Positions 37,790-46,988 of a stretch of DNA of 64,000 nucleotides are shown in pieces. Where the stretch lies: the sequence record MN871440.1. One strand, 5' to 3'. Position 1 is the stretch's first letter; every line of letters begins with the position of its first letter. Made by a program: the position numbers and the translations under genes. Below the pieces are notes generated by a model that searched no databases, was not told where the DNA came from, and saw only the letters and a list, made by a program, of their open reading frames with translations.

Positions 37790-38196
37790 CTCTAGATGAA
37801 CTAAAGGAAGAACTTACATCGGATCTCCCGATTAAGTTGACTGCGGTTCAGACTGAGGTTGCTGAGAATCCGGTTCTGTATGGAAAATGGAACCGGTATC
37901 TCGCTGACATCAATCGCGAAATTATGCGTCAAGATGCAGAACGCAAAAAGACGTTACGAGCGCGATTGATGTTCTACACTGGACGAAGTGAGGACGATGT
38001 TTGTCTTGACGTATTCAGTCCAGCGGAACTAAAGACTGTGATTGCCGGTGACGAAGATGTGGTTAAAATCAACGCTGCGGTTGAAATGTGTCAGACCAAA
38101 GCCGACTTCTGTCGTCAAGCAATGGAAGCTATTCGACAACGTGGATTCTCGTTGCGAGCTATTATCGATTGTCGTAAACTGGAAGCAGGTGAATAA
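37786..38196 (+). CDS. uvsY: recombination mediator
   Basis: ENPVLYGKW..LMFYTGR..IRQRGFSLRAIIDCRKLEAG. Confidence 0.93.
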   Translation: MTLDELKEELTSDLPIKLTAVQTEVAENPVLYGKWNRYLADINREIMRQDAERKKTLRARLMFYTGRSEDDVCLDVFSPAELKTVIAGDEDVVKINAAVEMCQTKADFCRQAMEAIRQRGFSLRAIIDCRKLEAGE

Positions 38197-38199
38197 AAT

Positions 38200-38227
38200 A
38201 AAAGGGAGCCAATGGCTCCCTTTTTTT
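38200..38227. terminator. bidirectional terminator
   Basis: AAAAGGGAGCC-AAT-GGCTCCCTTTTTTT. Confidence 0.88.
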
Positions 38228-38477
38228 ATAGATCGACACCTTCTGCATCCGCAACGTCGGCAGCTTCGATTTCTTTCTTTCGACCGCTCAACGCATCGCG
38301 AATTTGAATGTCTTCTGAATCGCTAATGTTGACTTCCTTTTTCCGCTTGCTGTAGAACTTTTCTAGTTCGTCAACGCCCGAGCAAGTTTTGCAGTTGTAA
38401 ATTTTATCGAGAAAGCCCTCGATTGCTACACGGGCTTTCTCCTCTGCTTCCATGAGAAAGCTATTAAGTGTTTTCAA
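38226..38477 (-). CDS. uvsW.1: UvsW.1-like protein
   Basis: FLDKIYNCKTCSGVDELEKFYSKR..SEDIQIRDAL.GR. Confidence 0.88.
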   Translation of the reverse strand: MKTLNSFLMEAEEKARVAIEGFLDKIYNCKTCSGVDELEKFYSKRKKEVNISDSEDIQIRDALSGRKKEIEAADVADAEGVDL

Positions 38478-39975
38478 TCATCACCTCTTTGACTCTGTAA
38501 TTAAAGTTTTCAGAACTGTATCGTTGTATGCGCTCCAAACCATGCTCATATGCATAGTTTTTGTGAACGTACTTTTTCTTGGCTGTGGCGCTCTTAGGCT
38601 TAACGCAAATGTCGTCAATGATATCCCATAGGGTAGCAATGTCCTTGCTGCTATGCTTGCGCAGAACGCGACCAATCGATTGAAGAACCAGCACCTTCGA
38701 CTTGGTGGGCGCGGCGAAGATAACATGATGCAATTTCTTGATGCTGATACCAGTTGAGAACACACCCAGAGACGCGACAATGATCAAGCCATCTTCGTTT
38801 TCGGCATCGCCTTTTAACTTGACTCGTTGATCTGTTTTTGTCTCACCAGAGACGAAATGCACTTTCTCACCGTACTTTTTCTTCAGTGCTTCGTACAGCC
38901 ATTTGCCGTGCGCAACATGCTTGAACATGATCAGAACGTTTTCGTTTCTTGATTGTGCAAGCTTGAGAGCAAGACGACAAATCCAAGCGTTTCGTTTCGT
39001 GTGATTGTTGATCACTTTGATTTCATCAGCATAAGCTTTGCCTTTGTGTAAAATCGTTTCGTGATCTGGGTATCGCAAGAACACAGCATTGATATCCAAG
39101 TCTGTAACTTGTCCATCATCCATAAGTTGCTTGGTTGTTACGGGTCGGAATACATCACCGAACATACCGATATATTGCAAAACGTTTGCTTTACCGTCAC
39201 GCAAAGAACCAGACATACCGATCTTGAAACGACAATTATCCATGCCTTTAATAATGGTTGTAAGCTCTTTTGCTGTTGACAAGTGGCATTCATCGACTAT
39301 AATCATCCCGAACTGTTTGAACCAGTCAGAATTCATTTTGCAGGCGCTTTGCCATGTAGATACAACAATTGGCTCGCTTCCGTTCTTTCTTGTGCCGGCC
39401 ATAACACCGAGACAAGCATTGCGCGGAATCAAACGGTAATCGGCGAAGTCTCCAATCATCTGCTCAACAAGTGCAGTTGTTGGTACCAAAACAAGAACCT
39501 TACCTTCGTATCTTTCGAGATACCAATATGTGAGCAAGCAAGCAATCAGTGATTTACCGGCTGATGTTGGCAAGTTGCCGATCATACGGTTTTGATTGAT
39601 TGCGTTGAACACTGTATCAGCTTGATACCAGTGAGGATTAATCTTGTTTTCGCCGGAATAGATTTCGAGATCGGACAGCCACTTATCGAATTCTTCGCGA
39701 GACATTTCGGTTTGTGGGGTGAATTCCGAATCGACATTACACACCAAATCGTTTTCTTTACAGTAGCGAACAAGGGTGCCTACCAGACCAATGGGTAGAA
39801 GTCCTTCATTTGACAGTAAACGGATTTTGCCATCCCATGTTCCATAACGGAATTTCGGGTTAAACTTGGCACCGTCAACGTCAAATGTGAAATAGTCACG
39901 CAGTTCCATGAAGATTGTGTTATCACAGTCGATGAATGCGTTACTATAGTCTCTGAATTTTACGTTTACTTGCAT
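38464..39975 (-). CDS. uvsW: SF2 DNA helicase
   Basis: WDGKIRL, LPTSAGKS, VDECH, GMSGS, QSIGRVLRK. Confidence 0.96.
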   Translation of the reverse strand: MQVNVKFRDYSNAFIDCDNTIFMELRDYFTFDVDGAKFNPKFRYGTWDGKIRLLSNEGLLPIGLVGTLVRYCKENDLVCNVDSEFTPQTEMSREEFDKWLSDLEIYSGENKINPHWYQADTVFNAINQNRMIGNLPTSAGKSLIACLLTYWYLERYEGKVLVLVPTTALVEQMIGDFADYRLIPRNACLGVMAGTRKNGSEPIVVSTWQSACKMNSDWFKQFGMIIVDECHLSTAKELTTIIKGMDNCRFKIGMSGSLRDGKANVLQYIGMFGDVFRPVTTKQLMDDGQVTDLDINAVFLRYPDHETILHKGKAYADEIKVINNHTKRNAWICRLALKLAQSRNENVLIMFKHVAHGKWLYEALKKKYGEKVHFVSGETKTDQRVKLKGDAENEDGLIIVASLGVFSTGISIKKLHHVIFAAPTKSKVLVLQSIGRVLRKHSSKDIATLWDIIDDICVKPKSATAKKKYVHKNYAYEHGLERIQRYSSENFNYRVKEVMIENT

Positions 39976-39998
39976 ACAGTTTCCTAACAGTTTTGTTT

Positions 39999-40005
39999 TA
40001 TTTAG
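39999..40005 (-). promoter_or_regulatory. late promoter CTAAATA for uvsW
   Basis: TATTTAG upstream of uvsW. Confidence 0.75.
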
Positions 40006-40101
40006 CGACGTTTAGAATGTGATTTTAACACAAATCGCTTATTTCATAAACAATAAATACAGATGTAACTTAATTACGAGTTGCTGTAAGGAGTGTTTGT
40101 A

Positions 40102-40485
40102 GTGAACATAAGGGAAAACGTAGTTTCTACGTTGACTCTGTTTGTTACAATTTGGGGTGCTGTATTCTCTTATAATTCGTTTATCGGAGATCAGCGTGAT
40201 TTCAAGTTAAAAGAGGAAATCACGGCTCACTTTGACCAATCAGTGTCAACGTTAAAGGACGACATTTCAAAGCTACCAACACACACCGACGTTGAAAACG
40301 CGCAGTTGAAATCCATGCTATATGCAAAGGATGTAACTGACGCGAAATCGTCTGAGGAGAAAGAAATACTCAAGACGATGCAAGCTAAAATAGATGATCT
40401 ATCTAGGAGAGTTGGAGAAAATCAACGCAGACCGGGTGAGGTAGCGCCAGTCACGGATCGCTGGCAAAATACAGATAGACAATAA
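40102..40485 (+). CDS. membrane-anchored coiled-coil protein
   Basis: AAGGAG RBS, GTG 40102; AATAAATA at 40052; terminator at about 40521-40557. Confidence 0.65.
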   Translation: MNIRENVVSTLTLFVTIWGAVFSYNSFIGDQRDFKLKEEITAHFDQSVSTLKDDISKLPTHTDVENAQLKSMLYAKDVTDAKSSEEKEILKTMQAKIDDLSRRVGENQRRPGEVAPVTDRWQNTDRQ

Positions 40486-40622
40486 CAATAAAAATAGTGT
40501 ATCTACAATGGAATGTAAAAGAGGAGAGTTTCTTGTACGGGAACTCTCCTCTTTTTTGGCAAATTTTTCTTGACTCAAGATTTTTGATGTGTAAGAATGA
40601 TTGCATTGAAACAGGAGACGAT

Positions 40623-40934
40623 ATGTTTTTTGATATGAACGAATTTGGTGGTATCGGCGTGCTCGGTACCATAATCGGCGTCTTTTATCTTTTGAAAAAA
40701 GGTGTTGACGGCGCATTCGATACAGACGATAATAAAAAGACGATGGCAGATACGATTCGCGAACTGCGAGCATCAAATCTCAATCGAAACTTTCAACATC
40801 GAAATTGCATCAGTCACCGACTAGGTGGCAAGGGTAAAAAAGTAAAACCTAAGGGATTTGGGGTTGCAAACGACACAATTCCGAATGGCGAAATCAACTC
40901 AAACAAAAACAAAAAGCGTAATAAGAGGAAATAA
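40623..40934 (+). CDS. membrane-anchored basic protein
   Basis: AGGAG RBS; TTGACT promoter at 40570. Confidence 0.65.
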   Translation: MFFDMNEFGGIGVLGTIIGVFYLLKKGVDGAFDTDDNKKTMADTIRELRASNLNRNFQHRNCISHRLGGKGKKVKPKGFGVANDTIPNGEINSNKNKKRNKRK

Positions 40935-40935
40935 G

Positions 40936-41961
40936 ATGAAATTTCAAGGCTATCCAGAAATGGAAAATCACACCAAGCAAAAGCTGATCTTTGCGGTACA
41001 AGAGCAAGGCTTTGGTGGTAATGATGTAGTGTGGACCGCTCGGGAAAAGATTCACGGCACCAACTTCTCTATGTGGAGTGATGCTGAACGATTTACCTGT
41101 GCGAAACGTTCACAATTCATCGGTGAAGCATCCGGTTTCTATGATTATCAAGTAATTGTTGCCCGATATGAGAGCAAGATCAAAGAACTGCGAAAAGCAA
41201 TGATTCATCTTGAACTGTGTGGTGAAGGTGCTGCTGTTGGTGTATTCGGTGAATATGCTGGCATCATGACTCACGGAAAATGGATTCAGACTGGTATTGA
41301 GTACGGTCCGCAAGATTTCTATGTGTTTGACGTTCTGATTCAAGAGAAAGACGGCAGTCAATTCATGCTGGAAGATCTGCAAGTAGAAGAACTGTGCAAG
41401 GCACTGGGTCTGAAAACCGCTCCGCTGTTGAAAGTCGGTACTTTCGCTGAGATCATGAAAATCCCGGTCGATCTGCAATCTGTTGTCATGGAAGTTAATG
41501 CTGGCAAAGCTATTGACATTCGCGTTGGCACTGATAATATCGCAGAAGGTTACGTGGCTAAGCCGAACGTGCCAGCTCGTTTCAAGAATGGAAATCGTGT
41601 TGCGATCAAGTGCAAAAACGAGAAATGGAGTGAAACCGGTAAAGGTCGCGCTGTTCAAGCTGTGGTAAAAGAACTGTCAGAAAAAGACAAAGCACTTGTT
41701 CTTGACATTACTCGCTATATCACCGATAATCGCCTCAAGAATGTGTTGTCCAAAATGGATACTCCGAACACCAACGAGTTTGGTAAAGTTCTGGGTCTGA
41801 TGTCTAAGGACGTACAAAAAGACTATGAGCGCGATGAACTGGACGGCGTATCTGTCAAAGAAGCGGCAGATGAAGCTGGGAGAGTTATGCGACTGATCAA
41901 CACCGAAATCGGCAATCTGATTCGTCCGAATTGGGTTTCTATCTGTGACGGTGATTGGTAA
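40936..41961 (+). CDS. rnlB: RNA ligase 2
   Basis: YPEMENH, REKIHGTNFS, VFGEYAG, FYVFD, AEGYVAKP, AIKCKNEKW, YITDNRLKNVLSK. Confidence 0.95.
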   Translation: MKFQGYPEMENHTKQKLIFAVQEQGFGGNDVVWTAREKIHGTNFSMWSDAERFTCAKRSQFIGEASGFYDYQVIVARYESKIKELRKAMIHLELCGEGAAVGVFGEYAGIMTHGKWIQTGIEYGPQDFYVFDVLIQEKDGSQFMLEDLQVEELCKALGLKTAPLLKVGTFAEIMKIPVDLQSVVMEVNAGKAIDIRVGTDNIAEGYVAKPNVPARFKNGNRVAIKCKNEKWSETGKGRAVQAVVKELSEKDKALVLDITRYITDNRLKNVLSKMDTPNTNEFGKVLGLMSKDVQKDYERDELDGVSVKEAADEAGRVMRLINTEIGNLIRPNWVSICDGDW

Positions 41962-42002
41962 AAAATTAACTGAGTGCTTCGGCCCTCTTTGTGGAGATAA
42001 AA

Positions 42003-42260
42003 ATGATTACAGCAAAAGACGCAATCAAAATGACCGAAGAAAATAGCGTTGCTATCATCGGTGATTACATGACAACTACTGTGGAACCGGCGATCAAGGC
42101 TGCTGCCAAACGTGGTCTTCGTCAATGTAGCATTACCGCAGTACCGCGCTATGAAGTACGCGAGTTGATTCTTCGTGAGCTTTTGAATGCTGGGTTCACC
42201 GCAAAAATGCACAACGGGATGAATCAATTGGACCAATCGTATTTGGAAATCAAATGGTAA
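42003..42260 (+). CDS. hypothetical protein, paralog of 9169-9426
   Basis: MITAKDA..AAKRG..GFT..YLEIKW. Confidence 0.7.
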   Translation: MITAKDAIKMTEENSVAIIGDYMTTTVEPAIKAAAKRGLRQCSITAVPRYEVRELILRELLNAGFTAKMHNGMNQLDQSYLEIKW

Positions 42261-42481
42261 ACTTTCTTAAATTCATTAAGAAATACTGTATGGGAGCAAA
42301 CGGCATGATTGCTTCCATGCTGGGATATATATTTGCAATCATTTGCGTTTCACTGTATAATCAAGAAATCCCGGTTTTGTGGACTTGTTACACAATTATG
42401 GTACTCATTGCTGGCCCGATTTGTGGTGCTGGTTACTACGCAAAACATCTATTAGAGACAAAATACAATGGCCGAGTATAA
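42254..42481 (+). CDS. small two-TM protein
   Basis: hydrophobicity. Confidence 0.6.
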   Translation: MVNFLKFIKKYCMGANGMIASMLGYIFAIICVSLYNQEIPVLWTCYTIMVLIAGPICGAGYYAKHLLETKYNGRV

Positions 42482-42896
42482 GAATGATCGTCAGGATTGG
42501 TTCAAAAACTATCCGATTCTGAAATCAGATTCCGATAATAACTATGCACATCATCAGCCGGGTGCGATTGCAATTCATCGTGGTAACGAAGGATTCAAGT
42601 TCTACGTGATTCGAGCTACCAAAGTTGTGCCGGTAACTCAATATGGTCGCACTTACATGAGCAATAAAGCTTTTGTTCAGTTAATTCAGTGTCCAGAACG
42701 CGAGAGTTCGGATAACGGACCTCGCAAGCGAGTTACCGAACGTGGGTTTCACGAACTGTTTATTATCGACACCGATCGATTTATTGAAAACGAGATTCGT
42801 GTGTTTACTGACATGATGGATCTTGCTAAACTACGTCTTACACAAACAGACACGATTGATAAACTCGTGGCTAAACATGGAGCACTAAACGCTTGA
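42468..42896 (+). CDS. hypothetical protein
   Basis: coupled ORF. Confidence 0.65.
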   Translation: MAEYKNDRQDWFKNYPILKSDSDNNYAHHQPGAIAIHRGNEGFKFYVIRATKVVPVTQYGRTYMSNKAFVQLIQCPERESSDNGPRKRVTERGFHELFIIDTDRFIENEIRVFTDMMDLAKLRLTQTDTIDKLVAKHGALNA

Positions 42897-43594
42897 TTGA
42901 TATCGAACAAATCTATAAGTTCAAAGATGAACTACCAGCGGCAGATGCAAAAGCCGCAATTCAGAAGTATTGCAAAGAACACGGCGTAAAAGTGCCGAAG
43001 ACTGGCATTAGCGTTAAAGATCAGATTAATCTGATCATGGACAAACTCGATGCCATGGCTAATGGCGTATCGGATGTTCCGTCTTTTGGTCCGCCAGAGA
43101 TTGACGAAGAAATCAAAGTCGATGTTACTCCGGTTACAGAAGTGACTGAGTGTGATGTCGCGTGTCCAATCGATCTTGGAACTGATATCGAAGAAGTGAA
43201 ACCAACCGGTACTTATACCGTTGCTGACTTTCTGAAAGATCAAGTGATTGACGTATCTACTCCGAAAGTGAACTTCACGCAGATGGAAGCAATGGGAATT
43301 CTGAAATCCATTGGAAATGGTGACGTTCCTTCTAGTGGTCATCACATTGTTCATATAGGAAACGACTATCGTCCGAAATCGGAACTTATTGGTTACGGGA
43401 AGGATGCATATCTAAATCTGCCATACTGGGTTTTGGATTGGATTCTTGAGCAACCGAGAGATTGGAAGATCAATGTCATGAACTACACAGGACACGACAA
43501 AGATTTTCTGATCGATATGCTGTATTACATTCAGGTAAACGGTAAAGTTCGAGTTCGTGAGTCTCGCAACAGTGAGTATCATCACTTCTTCTAA
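42893..43594 (+). CDS. inh: inhibitor of prohead protease
   Basis: AKAAIQKYCKEHG..LPYWVLDWI..MLYYIQVNGKVRVRESRNS matches T4 Inh pattern. Confidence 0.85.
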   Translation: MIDIEQIYKFKDELPAADAKAAIQKYCKEHGVKVPKTGISVKDQINLIMDKLDAMANGVSDVPSFGPPEIDEEIKVDVTPVTEVTECDVACPIDLGTDIEEVKPTGTYTVADFLKDQVIDVSTPKVNFTQMEAMGILKSIGNGDVPSSGHHIVHIGNDYRPKSELIGYGKDAYLNLPYWVLDWILEQPRDWKINVMNYTGHDKDFLIDMLYYIQVNGKVRVRESRNSEYHHFF

Positions 43595-43597
43595 ATA
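43591..43597 (+). promoter_or_regulatory. late promoter CTAAATA (+ strand)
   Basis: exact consensus 45 nt upstream of ORF 43642. Confidence 0.65.
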
Positions 43598-43641
43598 CAG
43601 ATATAGCCCGTAAATCGGGCTTTCTTATAAAGGAGAGAATA

Positions 43642-44115
43642 ATGGCGAAGAAAGAGAAAGTGCAGCCAATCGCGCTGGTCGATGAAGTCAAGCAAGAAAT
43701 GCCCGAAGTTGTCGAAAAGATTGTGATTGAAGATGAAGTTCCGACCCCGGTTATCGATGAAATCAAAGATGAAATCGACGTCGAGTTCAAAAAAGAACTT
43801 GTCGAGGAATTCAACAAAGCAATCGTTGAGAACATTGTTGCCAAAACAACTAAGTTGACTGCATTTGATGTGGTAGGCGAGGATTATCCATGGGCGTGGA
43901 ACATGAGCAACGTTAGCGGCAAGTATTGGTTTAGCTGTATCGACGCTAGTCAACATGCCGAGTTGAAATCTGATGCTGATAGCGACTTCAAGAAGTTCGT
44001 TGTTAAGTTGATGAAAGAATCTGGTATGCCTGTAGTTGTTCGCGAGCCGCGCAACAGCATGTTTGTTCATGTTTCCAAAGACGGAATTCAAGAATCAACT
44101 GTGGTCTATCTATAA
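43642..44115 (+). CDS. acidic late hypothetical protein
   Basis: AAGGAG RBS, late promoter, terminator downstream. Confidence 0.75.
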   Translation: MAKKEKVQPIALVDEVKQEMPEVVEKIVIEDEVPTPVIDEIKDEIDVEFKKELVEEFNKAIVENIVAKTTKLTAFDVVGEDYPWAWNMSNVSGKYWFSCIDASQHAELKSDADSDFKKFVVKLMKESGMPVVVREPRNSMFVHVSKDGIQESTVVYL

Positions 44116-44139
44116 ATCCACCTTCGGGTGGATTTTTTT
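44115..44139 (+). terminator. Rho-independent terminator with cUUCGg loop
   Basis: AATCCACC-TTCG-GGTGGATTTTTTT. Confidence 0.9.
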
Positions 44140-44160
44140 CTTCTTTTTTCGAAAAAGTGC

Positions 44161-44238
44161 TTGCATCGAAATCTGACTCTGTTATTATAGCTACATCGAA
44201 ACGCGAGACGCGATTCACAAACAACTGAGGAATACACC
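44161..44238 (+). promoter_or_regulatory. early promoter/leader/RBS cassette, copy 2
   Basis: TTGCAT -35, TATTAT -10; 42 nt identical to 9465-9506. Confidence 0.8.
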
Positions 44239-44466
44239 ATGAAAAACGTAGAAATCAAAGCTTACTTTGCCGTTAACTCCGCCAACAAAACCAAAGCTCA
44301 AGTTGCCCGCGAACTGAATGTATCACCTCGCACCGTTGGTCGTTACATCGACAAAGTAAATGATATGCGTCGTGAACAAGTAGTTGCAAAGCTGGAATCT
44401 CAGTTTGCTGGTAAAGTTCAGCGTCGTGCCAAGTATGTTTACAACAACCCGAAAAAAGCAGCCTAA
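44239..44466 (+). CDS. helix-turn-helix protein (paralog of 9524)
   Basis: MKNVEIKAY..TKAQVARELNVSPRTVGRY. Confidence 0.85.
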   Translation: MKNVEIKAYFAVNSANKTKAQVARELNVSPRTVGRYIDKVNDMRREQVVAKLESQFAGKVQRRAKYVYNNPKKAA

Positions 44467-44476
44467 GGATAATACA

Positions 44477-44824
44477 ATGTCAAACGCTATCAAAATCAAA
44501 GCACACTTCATGAACGAAAATGGTGTTGCTAAAGCAGAAATCGCACGACAACTGGAAGTATCTGCTTCTACCGTTAGTCGCTGGATCAAAGAAGTTGAGC
44601 AAGCGCGTATTCAATCAAAATCGTTTGTTGTTATGGATGTCCCGAGTGTAGAACAGGATCAAGTCGAAATCGTTCCTCCTGTTGTTCAACGCCGCAAGAT
44701 CTGGACTTTCACTCCGACCAAAGTCGAGCGCAAACAGCGCATCGAAAAACGCGAACAACAGAAGAAAGCGATGCCGCAAACCGCAATGACCATGGCTTTC
44801 GAAAAAGCAGTAATGGCAGGCTAA
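44477..44824 (+). CDS. helix-turn-helix protein
   Basis: AKAEIARQLEVSASTVSRW. Confidence 0.85.
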   Translation: MSNAIKIKAHFMNENGVAKAEIARQLEVSASTVSRWIKEVEQARIQSKSFVVMDVPSVEQDQVEIVPPVVQRRKIWTFTPTKVERKQRIEKREQQKKAMPQTAMTMAFEKAVMAG

Positions 44825-44889
44825 AAGTAGTTGACTTGTGTTCGTGAGCCTGTATAATGGCTCACATCAACAAACGAGAGGAATACATC

Positions 44890-46026
44890 ATGAAAATCAA
44901 AATCGACGAACTGTTTCTTGAAAAGTTTAAAGAACGTATGAACAAATTGGCGCGTATCGCTGCCAAAATGGGAATTGCTGCTCCGACATTCGAGATTGTC
45001 GATACTGAATATGTTCGTGATGATAAGATCGACGCATACTATAAGCGTTTCATCATTGAGATTACTGGAGAAGCTCCTAAGATGCCTGGTGGCTGGACTT
45101 TCGTTGCTAAGATCAATCATGAGGAAAATCTGACTTATGGTGTTCGCGAAATTCCTCAAAAGTATCGTAATGTTTCCGAACTCAAATGCAGTTGTGATCA
45201 TTGCAATACCAATCGTTATCGCGCAAACACTTTCATCATTACCGACGATGAAAAGTTCATGCAGGTTGGCGGCTCTTGTCTGAAACATTACATGGGTCAC
45301 GTTAATCCGTCCAGCATGATCGCATTCTTCGAGGAAATGAAAGATCTCGATAACGAAGAAAGCTATGGTTCAACTATTCATCGCATCGCATATACCGAGC
45401 TGGATAAAGTGATTTGTGCTGCCGTCACGGCAATCAAACGCTTTGGTTATGTGAAAGCAGAACACGGTAGCGAAGATAACGTTCCGACTCGCTGTGTAGT
45501 TGATAACATTCTTAATTCTCCGAAGTCTGTCATTACTATGGAAGACATCAAAGAGTTTGAAAGTCATGTTATTCCGTGCTCTCAATTCATGATGAACATG
45601 AAACCATTTGGTGATGGCTCTTACAGCGAAAACGTAAAGCAAATCGCAAAGAATGGTCATGTTTCCAGCAAAGCAATGGGGTATGCTGTATCCGCTGTGG
45701 CTTGCTATCTCCGAGATCTCGATAAGGAAAACGAGCGAAAAATCAAGGAAAAAGTGGGTCAAAATTCAAATCACATCGGTAATGTTGCCGAACGTTTGCG
45801 CGGGTTGCAACTGACTGTGATTGGTACCAAAGCATTCGAAACAATGTACGGCACTACCACTATCGTTAACATGATTGACACTAGCGGGAACATCTTTGTT
45901 TGGTTTGCGTCTGGATATCGCGAGTTCGACAAAAACGAAGAAATTCAGATTGCTGGTACAGTAAAAGAACATCGCGAGTATAATGGCACAAAACAAACCG
46001 TTCTGACTCGCTGCAAATTCGAATAA
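44890..46026 (+). CDS. conserved phage protein with Zn site and C-terminal OB-fold-like domain
   Basis: CDHCNTNRYR..QVGGSCL; ETMYGTT..FVWF..GTVKEHREYNGTKQTVLTR. Confidence 0.8.
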   Translation: MKIKIDELFLEKFKERMNKLARIAAKMGIAAPTFEIVDTEYVRDDKIDAYYKRFIIEITGEAPKMPGGWTFVAKINHEENLTYGVREIPQKYRNVSELKCSCDHCNTNRYRANTFIITDDEKFMQVGGSCLKHYMGHVNPSSMIAFFEEMKDLDNEESYGSTIHRIAYTELDKVICAAVTAIKRFGYVKAEHGSEDNVPTRCVVDNILNSPKSVITMEDIKEFESHVIPCSQFMMNMKPFGDGSYSENVKQIAKNGHVSSKAMGYAVSAVACYLRDLDKENERKIKEKVGQNSNHIGNVAERLRGLQLTVIGTKAFETMYGTTTIVNMIDTSGNIFVWFASGYREFDKNEEIQIAGTVKEHREYNGTKQTVLTRCKFE

Positions 46027-46032
46027 GGACAA

Positions 46033-46578
46033 ATGAAAAAGATAGCGACTCTGGTGGGAACTCGTTTCCCACCGTCTCAAATCACTGACATTGCGTCCAA
46101 AATTGGACGCAATCTGTCAGATAAGGGATTTATCGGTCGCTCAGGTGGTGCGATTGGCATGGATCAGGCGTGGTTATCAGATTACGATCCTAGTCTATGT
46201 GAAATCTATCGACCGGACGACAAGGGAATAAACGTTCTGAACTTCGACAACTTCTTTGAAGCGGAAGAAATGGTCAAGCGTATTATCCCGCACTTTGAAT
46301 ATCTGGATTTTTATTCTCAATGGCTACACACAAGAAACGCTTATCAAGTTTTAGGTAGAGATCTGAATACTCCATCAGATTTCTTATTGTGCTATGCGCC
46401 AGTGAGAAATAAGGTCGTTCAGGGTGGAACTAGAACCGCGTTTGTTCTAGCAAGACGAAACGGAATACCGGTTTATAATCTGTATGATCCAGAACATCTT
46501 AAAAAGTGGTGCGATAAATTTCAGATAGAAGTGGAAGTTTCATCAAACAAACAAATAGATCTTTCCTTTCTCGAATAA
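46033..46578 (+). CDS. SLOG/DprA-like Rossmann-fold protein
   Basis: LVGTR, RSGGAIGMD, RNAYQVLG, DFLLCY, GGTRTA, IPVYNL. Confidence 0.82.
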   Translation: MKKIATLVGTRFPPSQITDIASKIGRNLSDKGFIGRSGGAIGMDQAWLSDYDPSLCEIYRPDDKGINVLNFDNFFEAEEMVKRIIPHFEYLDFYSQWLHTRNAYQVLGRDLNTPSDFLLCYAPVRNKVVQGGTRTAFVLARRNGIPVYNLYDPEHLKKWCDKFQIEVEVSSNKQIDLSFLE

Positions 46579-46613
46579 ATACGTTTAGTATTAATTAAAG
46601 AAGGAATCTTGAA

Positions 46614-46955
46614 ATGTTAACCGTTGAACAAATTGCCAAAGTCTGTCATGAAACTTGCCGTTGCTATAATCTGTTATTGGGTGATGATAGTCTAAGATCT
46701 TGGAGCGAATCAGAAGACTGGCAAAAAGAGTCGTGCATTATTGGCGTAAAATCAATTTTGCAAAACCCAGATATGACTCCGGAAGAGTCACATAGCGGAT
46801 GGTTAGCTGTTAAACGAGCTGATGGATGGAAATACGGTGAGATTAAAGATTCTGTTTTAAAAACACACCCATGTGTAGTTGAATATGATGAACTCCCGAT
46901 GGAACAACGCATCAAAGATGAATTGTTTGTATCTATCGTCACTTCTCTTATGTAA
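46614..46955 (+). CDS. RyR-domain protein
   Basis: HSGWLAVKRADGWKYG..KTHPCVVEYDELP..KD. Confidence 0.88.
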   Translation: MLTVEQIAKVCHETCRCYNLLLGDDSLRSWSESEDWQKESCIIGVKSILQNPDMTPEESHSGWLAVKRADGWKYGEIKDSVLKTHPCVVEYDELPMEQRIKDELFVSIVTSLM

Positions 46956-46959
46956 AAAG

Positions 46960-46987
46960 AAAGGCCACTCGATTGAGTGGCCTTTTT
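46960..46987. terminator. bidirectional terminator at the early/late boundary
   Basis: AAAGGCCACTC-GATT-GAGTGGCCTTT. Confidence 0.88.
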
Positions 46988-46988
46988 G

